The notes under the pieces were generated by a model that did not search any database, was not told the DNA's origin, and saw only the letters and a program-made list of their open reading frames with translations. Below, piece by piece: positions 1 to 13,700 of a DNA stretch of 64,000 bases. The first letter of the stretch is position 1; each line of letters opens with the position of its first letter. The position numbers and the translations under genes were made by a program. The stretch is from positions 62,001 through 126,000 of the forward strand of contig NIVC01000671.1 of NCBI GenBank assembly GCA_002269645.1. Reading direction: 5' to 3'. Source of the stretch: Macrostomum lignano (lineage: Eukaryota).

Positions 1-266
1 CCTCAGGGCAGGAGAACCGCCTCATAACGAGAGAAGATCGCCTCAGGGCAGAGAAAGAGCATAAGCTGTGACCCTCTGATCCAGGGAACGCCCAGGACTG
101 AGAGAATAATATTAGGGGAAGCATAGGAATAGAATAGACAGTGCTATTAGACCGCTCAGGCTAGAAAGTACAATAGAAGTACATACGCTACCGATAGAAG
201 TACATGCGCTACCAGTAGAAAGACAATTAATAACCAGTAGAATTATTAAGGAGAAATAGCTTTATT

Positions 267-444
267 ACAACTTTGGGTGGCATTTAGGATTCTCAGTGTA
301 CAGGGAAGAGCACTGTGACAACTTGGTTACAGCGGTAGGATTTTGTATCGTACGGGAAACCCCTAGCACAACTTGGTGGCATAACGGTGGAATTCTTATA
401 GAGAGCCAAAAGGCCTGTAACAACTTTGGTGGCAGCTAGTAAGG
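267..444 (+). repeat. Array of four LTR-end/PBS-like modules (ACAAC-TTGGTGGCAGCGGT-like), ~51-bp period, dissimilar spacers
   Basis: Units start at 267, 318, 368 and 420 (ACAACTTTGGGTGGCATTTAGGATTC; ACAACTTGGTTACAGCGGTAGGATT; ACAACTTGGTGGCATAACGGTGGAATTC; ACAACTTTGGTGGCAGCTAGTAAGG). They resemble the complement of the tRNA-Leu 3' end (TGGTGGCAGCGGTGGGATTC). Confidence 0.65.
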
Positions 445-1050
445 CTAGCAAAAGGAATAATTAAGAGCCCTACGACAAATATATTGCTCAAAATAGTGCG
501 CATTCTCTAATGCAAGCCATGACCATCGGCATCTGTATGCCAGCTATATATAAACTATACATTCTTCGTAGCATGCAAAATTTAAACAAAATATTGACAT
601 TGACACCATCAGGCTCTATGATATGATGCTACATGCTTCTTATAGATTGAAATGTTTTTTTGAACATTTAATTTTTATCTTGAATCTCAACATTTTTTCG
701 AGATCGTGAAGTCTCGAAGTTGTTCTCCCTACTCTATAGTAGGCTAAACTGGTGGAAATACAAAAACACAATTTATTATATATTGTTTTTCTTGGTATAA
801 AGCTATTTTTAATAAGCATATTGGTTTCTTTACCTTAGACAAAAGCAGTTGCTCTAAGAAAGGAATGTATTCTATTAGTCTGCAGTTTTTAGATAGCTCA
901 ATAGTAGGCCATAGTAGTGGAAATGAAGTGATTCCAACTATAAACTAACTAAATAGAGACTAGGCCCCTATAATAAGAAAGAATATATTTCTCAGCTATT
1001 TATTTATAATTGTACTTGTATTTATAATATCTCTTTGATCATGTGCATAT

Positions 1051-4000
1051 CAGTGGCGTATCCAAGGGGGGGATAGGGGGGATACATCCCCCCCCAAAGG
1101 GCTGAAGAAAAAAAATTTAGGTAATGAATTTTTTACACTTTTGCTTATTTTATCAGTGACTGGAGTGACGGGAGCCTGCCTGCCAAGTGCCACTGCCAGT
1201 AAATGTATGAGCAGATTACAGAATAGTGAGAATACAGATGGCATAATGAGATTTGAAAAGACCCTTGCCCTTCATTTAGAGTTAAGTTCCTCAACTCTAA
1301 GTTCCTTGCCGGGGGGAAGGGGCAAGGGGGACGGGCGGGGGGAGGGTTGAAGGAAGGAAGCTAGCTATTTTTCAATTCCTACCCTGTCTTATAGATTATA
1401 TGTACTATCATACTATGTATGTACATTAACATTTCCTTCCAATCTGTGGGCTAGCTTAGCTGTGGTTAACATGTTTTAAAGGCCCTGCCCCAGCCCAGGC
1501 CTAGCACAAACCATGAATTAAAAAGCTAACCAATATGGCTCCACCTCCAAGCAAACAACTGAAGCTTGATCAGTTCTTTAGAGCTTGTACTCCTCCGGCT
1601 CCTATGCAGCAACAACAATTACAAAACGAGGACCAACATGAATCAGCTCCTGTTCCTGAAGAGATTATTCTCAATGACACAATGACAGTGACTGCCATCC
1701 TAATAGTGACACTGACAGTACTAATAGAAGTTCTACTTCTGCGACTGCAACTGCAGAACCTCAATGCCAAGACCTACCAGCACAACCACCAGCAGCAGCA
1801 GCTATAGAGCCTACAGCTACAGGATTAGCTGGAATTGCCTCTCGTGATATTGATGATGCTGTACAACTGCGCATCCAAGGCAAGCTGACTGCCGAAATTC
1901 GATGGCTCTTCATGAAAGAAACATTAAAGGTTTCTGTGGAATACGAGCTACCTTTCACAGAGGGAGCAAAGCAGAAATTTAGACTGAATCACCATCACCT
2001 TAATGGGGCAAACAGCTGCTTCTACTTTTCGCCAAGGAAACAAGGTGTTTACTGCCTGCCGTGTGTTCTTTTTGCACCATCGACTGGCGCAGGCCAGAAG
2101 AACAATCAAGAGTTAGGCAGACTGTCACTATTCTAGTTACTAACTTTAAGATGATCACTGACTTCTACTCTAAGCATCGAGACTGCCAGTACCATGCGCA
2201 AGCATGTGACGCATTCCAAAAAGTTCTGCAGCAAGAAGAATCTGGTGATATATCGGCACAGCTAAAGACAACTGCCCATGCAGCTCTTCAGGACAACAGG
2301 TACATCTTCAAGGCTGTTCTACATGCTATTGAGTACCTTGGTCGCACAAACCAGGGTCTTCGTAGCCATCGAGAAGATGTTGGGCGGCTTAGGCTTCCAG
2401 ACGCACCCGAACTTGTTGATTACACACAAGGTAATCTACATGCCCTTTTGCAGAGAGATGCTCTAAAGGATAGCAAGCTGGCTACACTGCTCCAAAATAG
2501 GCCTTTAAACTCTACTGGTCTGTCACCTGTTGTACAGAACAGGATGATTGAGTGTATTGAAGCTGTAGTTATTCATGACGTAGTTAAGCCAATCAAGTCA
2601 TTCTACGCCATAATTGCTGATGGAACTAGCGATATATCCCGTAAGGAGCAGCTGTCGATTAACATACGCTATGTTGACAAAAGTGGAAATGTCCAAGAAC
2701 GCTTTATTGGTTTCGTTGAACTCAAGAAGCAAGATTCAGTGGCAATTGTCGATGCCATTAACCAGAAGCTCGATATTCTTCAGCTTGACAAAGATCGGCT
2801 TGTTGCCCAAGGCTATGATGGTGCCTCTGTCATGAGTGCTGAAGGAGGAGTTCAGGGCTGGATACGAAGAACTTGTCCAAATGCAGTCTATGTACATTGC
2901 TTCAGTCACTGCCTGAACCTGTGCATTAAGGCTGCAGTGGATGGCCGGCACGGCATTCGAGAACTCAAGGCTGCATTTGCAACAATTGATGCTGCATCAA
3001 ATCACTTCTCACATTCTTCCGTAAGAACGCAGAAATTTTCTGAAGTTGTGGCAAGAAGTCAGAATAACTCAACAAACAAAACACGACTAAAGCGGTTCTG
3101 TCCCACGCGCTTCATTGATGGCCTGGATAGTGTGTTTAACTTTCTCGAACTCTTTGATGCAGCAGTAGAGTACTTCAATGATGCTGACCAGTCAGTGTAC
3201 AATAACATTGTCAATCCGGTGACAATTGTGGCACTGCACGTTCTTCAGGCCTTGCTTGGTGCAATACGCGGTCTTGCAGTTGTGCTTCAGGTAAGAGGCA
3301 CCTACAACAAATGCAATAAAAATATAATTTTACAGATAAAATACATGTATGTGCTATGTGTATCAATAACAATATCAAATATAAAGTACTGGTTTCCTCA
3401 CCTATCAATATCTAGCTTATATAATACCAGTATGTATGGTGTATATTTTACATGAGTGTTGATTACGTAGTAGCAGTACATAACATGTACATATTTGAGG
3501 TACTTACAATGGTATATTCAAGGTACAGCAAACAAGCAAATACTAAATTATATATGCTTTGTCTATGCATCTTTATTTCAGGGAAAGGCAATGGATCTTA
3601 TTGCTGCCAGTGAGGAGGCCGATCGCATTCTCCGTCTCTTGAAGGCTTGGCGTAGTGACTGTGAAGTTGCCAAATTCAAGGAAGTCTTTGCCGCAGCTGA
3701 GGAACTTCACAAGAAGCACCACGGAGATCAGCCAATTCCAGATAAGTATCGGGCATCAGCATCCCATCGCAGCCAACATCGTAGCAATGCCCAAGGCGCT
3801 AGTGTTTCTGATACATTCAAGCTGAACATCTGGTATCCAGCCCTTGATCTAATAATTATTGAACTCAGCGAGTGCTTTTCTAAGTCGGCCAAGGTTGCCA
3901 TGCAAATGGCAAAGCTGCTACCGGCTTTTTGTGCAGGCCCTGACTCAGCTGAGTCTACTCTAGCAGCAGCCAAAGCATTCGAGGAGTATGCGGCATTTTT

Positions 4001-4903
4001 AGATATGCCTGCAGTTTGCCTGGCAGAATTTGAACGCTGGCAAGCATTCTGTTGCGATTTGCCAGAAACTGAGCGAAATGATATGACCATCTCACAAGCA
4101 ATCAAGCGGTGCAATCCTAGCTTGTGGCCAAATGTTTGCAAACTGCTGACAATCTTCCTTACGACTCTAGTCACAACATGCACTGCTGAAAGGTCATTCA
4201 GCACCTTGCGCCTTCTGAAGACGTATACCCGATCAACCATGGGCGAATGCCGGCTTAATGGACTTGCCCTACTGGCTGCTCACAAAGATATCCTGCTTGA
4301 CTACAATCGAGTAGTCGAGGAGTACTCACGGAGGTTTGACCCGCGGCTCCGTCTACTTTAAGCCATGGACTCAATGACTCATAATCATGCAAAAGTAATG
4401 TAATATTGTAATTTGAATTTAAATTTTACTAAAAATTTTCTAACTTGCCATCTTGTATCAATCATATTTCTATTTTTTAATTTCTATGGCCTATTGTACT
4501 ACTTGTTATTTCTGATTTACATGTACATGTAAATATAAAATTGTAGTGGTGAATGTCTGGTGAATTATTCATACTCATAGTTTAATACTTAATAGTTTAT
4601 CCAAATTATTATCCTACTTATCCAAGTTTGAATTTGCTTATCTGATTAGCTAATTAACTGGAATAGAATGCATAGCTGGTTGACTTTTTACACGCTCAAT
4701 AAAATAAACAATGATTGATGTTGATGTCTCATCCTTAGTAGCAACATTTAGGCCTAATTGAGTTAAACTTGGAGAGGTCCGGTCCTCATCAATTTTGTTT
4801 TATACGAGTACAATAAGGATAAAAGAAAAACGAAAATAGAGTGCAATCGTTTTCAAAAGTACTTTTGCATCCCCCCCGAAACAAAATCCTGGTTACGCGC
4901 CTG
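1051..4903 (+). mobile_element. Full-length hAT DNA transposon
   Basis: 8-bp TSD GTGCATAT at 1043-1050 and 4904-4911. Imperfect TIRs: CAGTGGCGTATCCAAG on the left, CAGGCGCGTAACCAGG on the right (reverse complement). Internal transposase. Confidence 0.95.
1535..4361 (+). CDS. hAT transposase (ZMYM1/THAP12-like, N-terminal TTF-type zinc finger), one intron, two apparent frameshifts
   Basis: Motifs YCLPCVLFA...KHRDCQYH, IIADGTSDISRKEQLS, QGYDGASVM, HCFSHCLNL, CPTRF and the hATC motif TTCTAERSFSTLRLLKTY. GT-AG intron 3291-3581 joins VLQ|GKAMDL in frame. Frame changes near 1680 and 2125. Confidence 0.9.
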
Positions 4904-6829
4904 GTGCATATAAAAACATAATGGATGAATCAGGATGATAAAATAAGAAATCAAATATTTATTAAATACAAGTTTATAATGTAATGAGATAGGCCTAGTT
5001 AATTAGTTTGTTTTTTTAATTGCTTTCAAGAAACATAATTTGAAACTTCAAGGTTTAGTCCTATTGATATTGTTTATACCATAAAAATTATATGCACAAA
5101 AGATGACTAACATATATATATATATATAGAATTGTAACAACAATATAAGCCTAAAAATGTATATATACTGATAAGCCATACTACTCCAATTTCGTTTAGT
5201 TTTACATTCAATTTTGCAACTTAAAACTTATTAAATTTTTAGGCGGTTTCATGCAATGATGCATATTGATTGCCCTTAGGCCTACACTATGCTAGGAGTA
5301 TAATATATCTTTGTAGTGTACCGTGACAATAAGTTCAAAGTTATTCTCACGGTACCGTGGGAATAATTTGGCCACTATACTTACGGTACTGTGACAATAA
5401 GCACTGCCTTTTAATAACGATTCCAGGAATTACAATTCCAGGAAATTGTCTCAACCGTACAATTGGTTTCGTGGAAATATCTTATTTAAGCCTTCACTCA
5501 GACGGAATTTAAGCTGGGCTTGAACATTTAAGTTGTAGTTGCTATATTTTAGCACAATAATTAAAGAATTTAAGGAATTTTAGTTAAAAAACAGGACCTA
5601 AAACTAATTGGTAAGTGCCACTTCCGGTCCCGGAACTCGAACGTTTCTACGCATGCGGTTGTAAAAATGAGACAAAACAATCTGGACGTCCTCGTTGTTA
5701 AAGAAAAACAAAGCCTACTAAAAATATACTAAATCCTTATCTTTTGTTTTTTTAAATTTAGTAAGCAGGAATTTTTAAAGTATAATTAATAGCGTTAAGT
5801 GCATATTAACTTAGATAAAAAATGTTAGCATCATAATTTTGTACGAAATTTGCCTTTTAAATTATTTTGAAATTTATTACTAAAATGTTTGAATTCACGA
5901 TTGAGCTCGATAGGACAGCCGACGAACTTTCATTTACTCATAGTCATTGTGTGTCAAATTATGCATGAAAAACATGCTCCTTTATTAAACCGTTTAACAC
6001 TAAAATCACCGTTTAACATAGCCGTCAGTAATTTTGCTCTGCAATTTCAGTTTTACCGTGTTTTTTTGTTGAAAGAAGTTTTAAATGATATTTTAATAAT
6101 ATAATTATCGAAGAAGTCGATTTTTTATTTAATTTAGAAACTTCATAGGCCCCTTTTATTTATAATTCTAGTAACAAATCCAAAATTTAATTTGATATAA
6201 TGTTTCTTCTGCTTTTTGTTGAACTCAGATTTTTTATAATGTATTCTATTATTGTAAATTAATTTTTAAACAGTAAATTGTTGTCACATAATTTGCCTAG
6301 AATTTACTCTTTCTATCCTAGACGAAAGGAGTTTTATTGTTTATTAAAGTACCTCTAAGAAAACCTAGTTTTATCATTGTTTTATTTATATGAATTGGTT
6401 AAATACATTTTTGTATATTATAAATGCATTTACAATTTTTTCATGCTTTAAAAATCAGCAATGACATCACAACTTGTTGTTAAAACAAACTTCAGCCAGG
6501 CTACTGATGATACAAATTTGGTAAATGTTATTATTGTTATTTATTAGAAATATTCTATTATATATTATGTAAGTTTTACTTTTACTTTTGAAGAAAATTA
6601 GATAGAGTATTTATATGTAAGTTATAGCCTCTTTCTTAATTACATTGGTTTTGACCTCTATATTTATATTTGACTGCCAATTATAATTGTCCCACCTTGC
6701 AAAAAATATAAATCAGATTGCTATATTGACATTATCTATTTACTTGACCTACCTAATTGTCCCAATCAAATTGCAAATGACTTGAGATACCTACTATTTA
6801 TAAGTGATCTGACCCACTTAACACCAACC

Positions 6830-7715
6830 AGTGTCCCAACCCACTCAACCAATCATAGGCATCCTAACCTACTTAACCAATCATAGGCATCCTAACCTAT
6901 CTATCCAATCACATGCATCTCAACTTATCTAACGAATCCTAGGCATCCCAACCCACCCAAATAATCATAGGTACCCCAACCCATCCAACCAATCATAGGC
7001 ACCCTACTAACCCACCCAACCAATCACAGGCACCCCAACCTACCCAACCAATCATAGGCACCCCAACCTATCCAACCAATCATAGGTACCCAAACCTACC
7101 CAACCAATCATAGGCACCCCAACTCACCTAACCAATCACAGGTGCCCCAACCCACCCAATCAATCACAGGTGCCCAGACTCACCCAACCAATCACATGTG
7201 CCCTAACCCACCCAACCACAGGCACCCCAACCCATCCAATCATAGATGCCTCAAACCACCTAATCAATCACAGATGCCCCAACCCACCCAACCAATCACA
7301 AGTGCCCCAACCCACCCAACCAATCACAGGTGCCCCAACCTACCCAACCAATCATGGGCACCCCAACTCACCTAACCAATCACAGGCACCCCAACCCACC
7401 CACCCAATCACAGGTGCCTCAAACCACCTAATCAATCACAGATGCCCCAACCCACCCAACCAATCACAAGTGCCCCAACCCACCCAACCAATCACAGGTG
7501 CCTTAACCTACCCAACCAATCATGGGCACCCCAACTCACCTAACCAATCACAGGTACCCCAACCCACCCACTCAATTACAGGCCCCCCAACCCACCCGAC
7601 CAATCACAGGTGTCCCGACCTAACCAATCAGAGGTGCCCCAAACCCGACCAATCACAGGCGCCCCAACCCAACCCAACCAGTCACAAGCAACCTGACCCA
7701 CCCAACCAATCGCAG
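6830..7715 (+). repeat. ~24-bp minisatellite (CCCAACCCACCCAACCAATCACAGGTG-like) running into a splice acceptor
   Basis: Dozens of degenerate copies; the last (CCAATCGCAG|GTG) is the predicted acceptor at 7715. Confidence 0.9.
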
Positions 7716-10700
7716 GTGATCAGACGCATCCATGAGAAGTGCCGAGCAGTGCTGGCCACCATTGCCTACCTGCGGCGCATCTTCCTCCGCAAGGAGGCTC
7801 TGTCGCAGCTGGAGGCGCTGCAGTTTCTGCTGCTGGGTCAGCACCAGGAGATCATCCACGCTGTAAATGCCGTGTGCCACGAGCTCCTGCAGAAGTAAGT
7901 CCTCGAGATCGAATTGTCCTGTAAACTTGGCAGAATGCCATGTTTGAGCTAGTCCAAGAGAGCACGAAGTGGCTAAAGCTAAGCGAGATGTAACGCTAGC
8001 GAATGTACAATGAGCATGACACGCCGAAGTGCTCGCGACAGCGAAGCTGATGCCATTCACAGTGTTACAGTACTAGTTGTCATCAGTAGTACGTAACGAT
8101 TGCCGCACTTTCCCGCAGGCAGCGCCAGGAGTTCAACAGCCTGATGTCAGCGGCCAACGGCACTCTGGCGGTGCTCTGTTGCTGGCTGGACAACGCGCTG
8201 CTGTCCTCTGACGCCTTCAACCACATCGCCGGCAACGGCTTGATCAGCGGCTACCAGGGAAAGATTGAGGTGGGCTATGGTGTACTCAGGGACTGGAGAC
8301 CGCTGAGGGACAGAGGGGCTGGGGACTGCTGAGGGACAGAGGGGGCTGGGGACTGCTGAGGGACAGAGGGGGCTGGGGACTGCTGAGGGATAGAGGGGGC
8401 TGGGGACTGCTGATCAAAGTCCAATTTGGTATTGATTGCGAAATCAATGCGTTGGATTAGTAACTATTTCAGTCATTAAATTATTAGTTTTTGTTAATAT
8501 TCAATATTTGTGGCAAAATGTATTAAGTTAAATGCATGCGCTTTGCTGGCTTATCACGTGACCCGCTACCCACCCCCAAGCCCTTCCCCCGCCGCCGGGC
8601 TTTCCGCACGGAGACCTGCAGGCGCTTCACTCCTGCCCTGCTGCAGTGAGAACTGGCGGGCTCTCCTGCGCCCCCACCCCTCCTGGCACAGCGGGGGGCC
8701 GCCTGCCTGTGCAAACAGCGCCAACCAAAGCGTGCTGCGTTTATTGTTTTAAACTGGTTGCCCCCCCCACTGAGGCCCCCAGTCCGAGGGTGAGGTAAGG
8801 AGAGTGCCCGTGCAGCACCCAGCCTGGGCACTGCCGGCCTATTTAAGGCACAAGCGAAAGCAGAAATTCTCAGCGCATTCCCGAATCGGAAATCGGATTC
8901 TCGGCTTTGAGCCGCTCCAACTTGTGCTGACATTGTTTAACTGGGTGACTCAGGTCTGTTTAATTTTGATCATCTGAGCCCATCTAACTTGTCTGTGTTT
9001 GCGTGGGCGGGGCGCCGAGCGGTCGTATTTTAAAACCTGCGCTGCTGTTATCTCCGGGCTCTGACGCAACTCTTGGCCCGCGGTTTCCGCGCACTGCAGC
9101 TTTCAATTGGCGATTGTCGGCCATGGCGCAGAAGGTAAAGCCTTTAAGCTGGTTTCTAGTTGTGGCATTAATCCAATCAAACTTGACAGTACGAGATTGA
9201 TCAGAAACTTATCAATATTGATTCTCAGATTCAGCTCAGCATAATTTTACCCGATTGACTTTTTGCCTGATCTTTTCTGAATTATTAACCAAGATTGGCC
9301 TACTTATAGTAGCGCAATATGTGCAAACAGTCAAATAATTCTGCACTTTAATGTCATAAATAATTCTGGCAGTGAGTGAGAATTCTTTCTCATCTTGCCA
9401 ATCCCGCTCTGTATCTCACCAATCCCGCTCTGTATCTCACCAATCCCGCTCTGTATCTCACCAATCCCGCTCTGTATCTTACCAATCCCGCTCTGTATCT
9501 CACCAATCCCGCTCTGTATCTCACCAATCCCGCTCTGTATCTCACCAATCCCGCTCTGTATCTCACCAATCCTGCTCTGTATCTCACCAATCCCGCTCTG
9601 TATCTCACCAATCCCACTCTGCATGTATCTCACCAATCCCGCTCTGTATCTCACGAATCCCGCTCTGTATCTTGCCAATCCCACTCTGCATGTATCTCAC
9701 CAATCCCGCTCTGTATCTCACCAATCCCGCTCTGTATCTCACAAATCCCGCTCTGTATCTCACCAATCCCGCTCTGTATCTTACTAATCCCGTTTTGTAT
9801 CTTACCAATCCCGCTCTGTATCTCACCAATCCCGCTCTGTATCTCACCAATCCCGCTCTGTATCTCACCAATCCCGCTCTGTATCTCACCAATCCCGCTC
9901 TGTATCTCACCAATCCCGCTCTGTATCTCACCAATCCCGCTCTGTATCTTACCAATCCCGCTCTGTATCTCACCAATCCCGCTCTGTATCTCACCAATCC
10001 CGCTCTGTATCTCACCAATCCCGCTCTGTATCTCACCAATCCCGCTCTGTATCTCACCAATCCCGCTCTGCATCTCAACAATCCCGCTCTGTATCTCACC
10101 AATCCCGCTCTGTATCTCACCAATCCCGCTCTGTATCTCACCAATCCCGCTCTGTATCTTGCCAATACTGCTCTGTGTGCCAATCAGTCCAATATACCAT
10201 TACAAATTGATTCGATTTTGAATTCTGCCATTCCGCGCCCAGTACAGATTGCTTAGATGTCCAGGCAGCTGGCATGCACGCCCACCCAGCTCGGCAGCCT
10301 TATGGGATCTCCCTCGGTGCAAATTCCAAAATTGGATTCGGCCGCTATCACAGCCCATCCTGGGTGGCGAGAAAATGAGAAGGGTTGGGAGCAGAAGCGT
10401 CCGGGAGCTGGGGTCTGTCGGCGAGGGCAGGCAGAGCTGTGTGAGACAAGTGAACTGAAGGCGCAGTCAGTGTGAAAACCCCAGGCTTTCGGTTTATCCT
10501 GAAGTCATGCGTCATCATAAAAACTGAGCCAGTTCGCACGGCCAAGCGTGAAGCGCAGTGCAGAGCATTTCCGAATAACAAACATATCATAACGCTTTAT
10601 AAACAAGTTCAGACGATTGTAAAACCTGTTGCTTTGGTTTTTGCTGCAGATTTTGCCGGTTGGTGGCTGCCCGCCCCCCCCCGCGCCCAGCCAACCAGGC

Positions 10701-13700
10701 GAAAGCGAAAGTTGCATTTAACTGCCTGCCGTCTCTCAGGCACAGCCGTCTTGCCCTGCCCCAACTGTTTCAGGCTCTGATTGCGACCTGCCAAGGACTG
10801 CCAATGGACTCGCTGGATTGGTGAGTATCGATGTCTTTCTTTTCTTTTTTGTATTTTTTTTGCATCTCGATTCTGTCTTCCTTTCAAGGCAATTCTGGGT
10901 TCGCTACTCCTCCTCCCGGGGCACCGCAAACCCAAGTAGCGATCGGCTGCAATTCCCCAGCTGTTCCACTCCCAGCCTTTTAGCCCGGTTTCTTGCCGGC
11001 CCACCTGTGCCGCCCTTCAACTCTGCGCTGGCCGCCCGGCCCCAGGGGTGACGGAGGCTCCGGCTGCACTTTTGGGTCACCGACTGGTGCCCGCTGGGCT
11101 GGCTGAAGCTGGTGGAAGCGGGGGGGGTCCGGGAAAACCAGCTTTTTCCATCCCGCTCTTGGCAAGCACTCGAAACCCGAAACCGCCGTCTCGCCCACCG
11201 CAGCGCCAGCGCCCCGGCCAGGAACTCGCTGCCCACCGCCTCCGAGCTGGACCGCTGCCTGGATGATGAGAAAATGATGCAGAGCATCCTCACCGTCTCC
11301 CAGCGGCTCAAATCCCTGCAGGGCCCCTCCGCTGACGACCCGGCGGCCGGCGCCTCCGCCTCCTTCCTGGCCGCTGGCACCGACAATGGCAGCAGCGTCG
11401 GCTCGACCGACAGCATCGGCTCCTCGGTGGAGTCGGGCGGCTCCGAGGACTCCACGCAGAGCGAGGAGGAGTTCACCGAGGACCTCGTCAGCGTCAACGG
11501 CGTGCTGTACAAGCGGAAGGTTCGCAAGCGGCGCCGGCAGAAGGTGGTGCGCACGCGGACTGTCGTGATGTCCTCTGGGCCGCCGCTGGCCCTCACCGCC
11601 ACCGACTGTTTGGCGCTCGGTCCGGCGCAGCCGCAGCTTCCACTGCCGCCGCATCTCCAGGAGCAGCAGCAGCAGCAGCTGGCCGCCTCCTCAGAGGCTG
11701 GCCGGGACGCCAGCTTTCGGTCGGATGCGACGTCCGGCTACCACTCCATCATGTCCGGCCCCAGCGACTTTCCGCCGCCGCCGCCTCCCCCGCCTCCGCA
11801 GCAGCAGAAGCAGCAGCCGTCACCGGCATCGCAGCCCGATGGGTCGCCACCGCCAAAGCCGCCGCCGCCCGGCAGCGTGTCCGACCCGATGTCCGAGTCA
11901 GTCGTGTCGCTGCGAAAGCCGGAGGAACCTTCGCAACGTCTGGGTGAGTCCCGCTAGGGTTCAGAGAGTCAAAGATTCAGAGTCAGAGGTTCAGAGTCAG
12001 AGATTCAGAGCCAGAGATTCAGAGTCAGAGGTTCAGAGCCAGAGATTCAGTCAGAGATTCAGAGCCAGAGATTCAGAGTCAGAGGTTCAGAGCCAGAGAT
12101 TCAGTCAGAGATTCAGAGTCAGAGGTTCAGAGCCAGAGATTCAGTCAGAGATTCAGAGCCAGAGATTCAGTCAGAGATTCAGAGCCAGAGATTCAGTCAG
12201 AGATTCAGAGTCAGAGATTCAGAGTCAGATTCAGTCAAAGATTCAGAGTCAGAGATTCAGGGTCAGAGATTCAGAGTCAGAGATTCAGAGTCAGATTCAG
12301 TCAGAGATTCAGAGTCAGAGATTCAGAGCCAGAGATTCAGAGTCAGAGATTCATTCAGAGATTCAGAGTCAGAGATTCAGAGTCAGAGATTCAGAGTTAG
12401 AGATTCAGAGTCAGAGATTCAGAGTCAGAGATTCAGAGTCAGATTCAGTCAAAGATTCAGAGTCAGAGATTCAGAGTCAGAGATTCAGAGTCAGATTCAG
12501 TCAGAGATTCAGAGTCAGAGATTCAGAGTCAGAGATTCAGTCAGAGATTCAGAGCCAGAGATTCAGAGCCAGAGATTCAGAGTCAGAGATTCAGAGTCAG
12601 AGATTCAGAGTCAGAGATTCAGAGCCAGAGATTCAGAGTCAGAGATTCAGAGTCAGATTCAGTCAGAGATTCAGAGTCAGAGATTCAGAGCCAGAGATTC
12701 AGAGTCAGGCAGTGTCCGAAGGCGAAATTGAGTCAGTCAGCGAGCCAGATCTCCATAGCAACGGGCAGGAGAGCAGACGCAAGGTTTTCACCGCTGACAA
12801 ATTAATCTCAGCTGGCAGTTCAGAGCCGCTAAACAACTGGCTGTCAATAATAAGATTGTAAAGATGGGCTGAGCTGAGCTGATGAAGCTGCCAGCTGATT
12901 GACTGCGGCGTTGAGGGAGTTGTGCCGCCCGCAGGTGGGGATTCGGGAGGCTGCCGCCCTCCCCCCTGAAAATTGAAGTCCCACGCCAATTATCCCGGTG
13001 AATGGGAAGCCCGGGGCATCCGCATCCCGGTCGCCCAAGCTGCTCCGTCTTATTCTCCTATTTTGTCTTCATCAGCGGCCCGCTCCGCTCAGCATCCGCC
13101 TGCCCCCCCTTCGGGCTCCGTCTCTCATTTTTCTCAGCCTGCGGCCTCGGGCGGCCAGCGTTCGCCGGAAGCGGCGTTTAATTAGAGATGAAGCAAAGGA
13201 GGCTGGGACTGGCGGCCGCAGACTCGCCGCAGACTCGCCCCGGCCCCGGCAGTGGCGTGCGCTGCCGAGGAGGCTCCGCTCGGATTGCCGGCAGAAAAGT
13301 CTCGCGCGGCTTCCGCACGAGCGGCTGAGGGGCGGGCGGGGCGTCACGCGATTGTCGTAAACAAAATTCCGGGAGAGGCCGGGGCGGCGCGCAGTTGCCG
13401 AGGGTCAATCGCTAAGTTGCTGGAGTGTCTCGGACGCAAAAGATCCTCAAGGGGATCGGAGGGGAATCGAGCGGCAAATGCGCAGAAGCAGCGGCTTGTC
13501 TTTCTTCCCAATCCCCCCCACCGATTCGTCATCTCCGTATCGCTGGCCCGGCGGGATCTGAAAGCCGCGATGGGGGCGGCAGCTGCGCCGCCATGCATGC
13601 AGGGGGCGGAGGATTCCAAGGACAGCCCCGCGGCTGGCTGAGTCAGCGGAGCCGCCGCAGCTCTCAGGCGACTCGCTGCAGCCGAAGCAGTTTAAAGCGA

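Noticed and set aside
267-444. A true CRISPR array
   Set aside because: Eukaryotic context, no cas genes, degenerate repeats, and the repeats match an LTR-end/PBS junction better.
7142-7715. Pro/Gln/Thr-rich mucin-like ORF
   Set aside because: Translation of an intronic minisatellite; only the part after the acceptor at 7715 is coding.
9331-10256. Long repetitive ORFs in several frames (LYLTNPA, QSGIGEI)
   Set aside because: A 21-bp unit is a multiple of three and lacks stops; open on both strands with no coding signal.
11725-12861. 378-aa RS-like ORF
   Set aside because: Mostly the 14-bp satellite after a strong donor at 11944.
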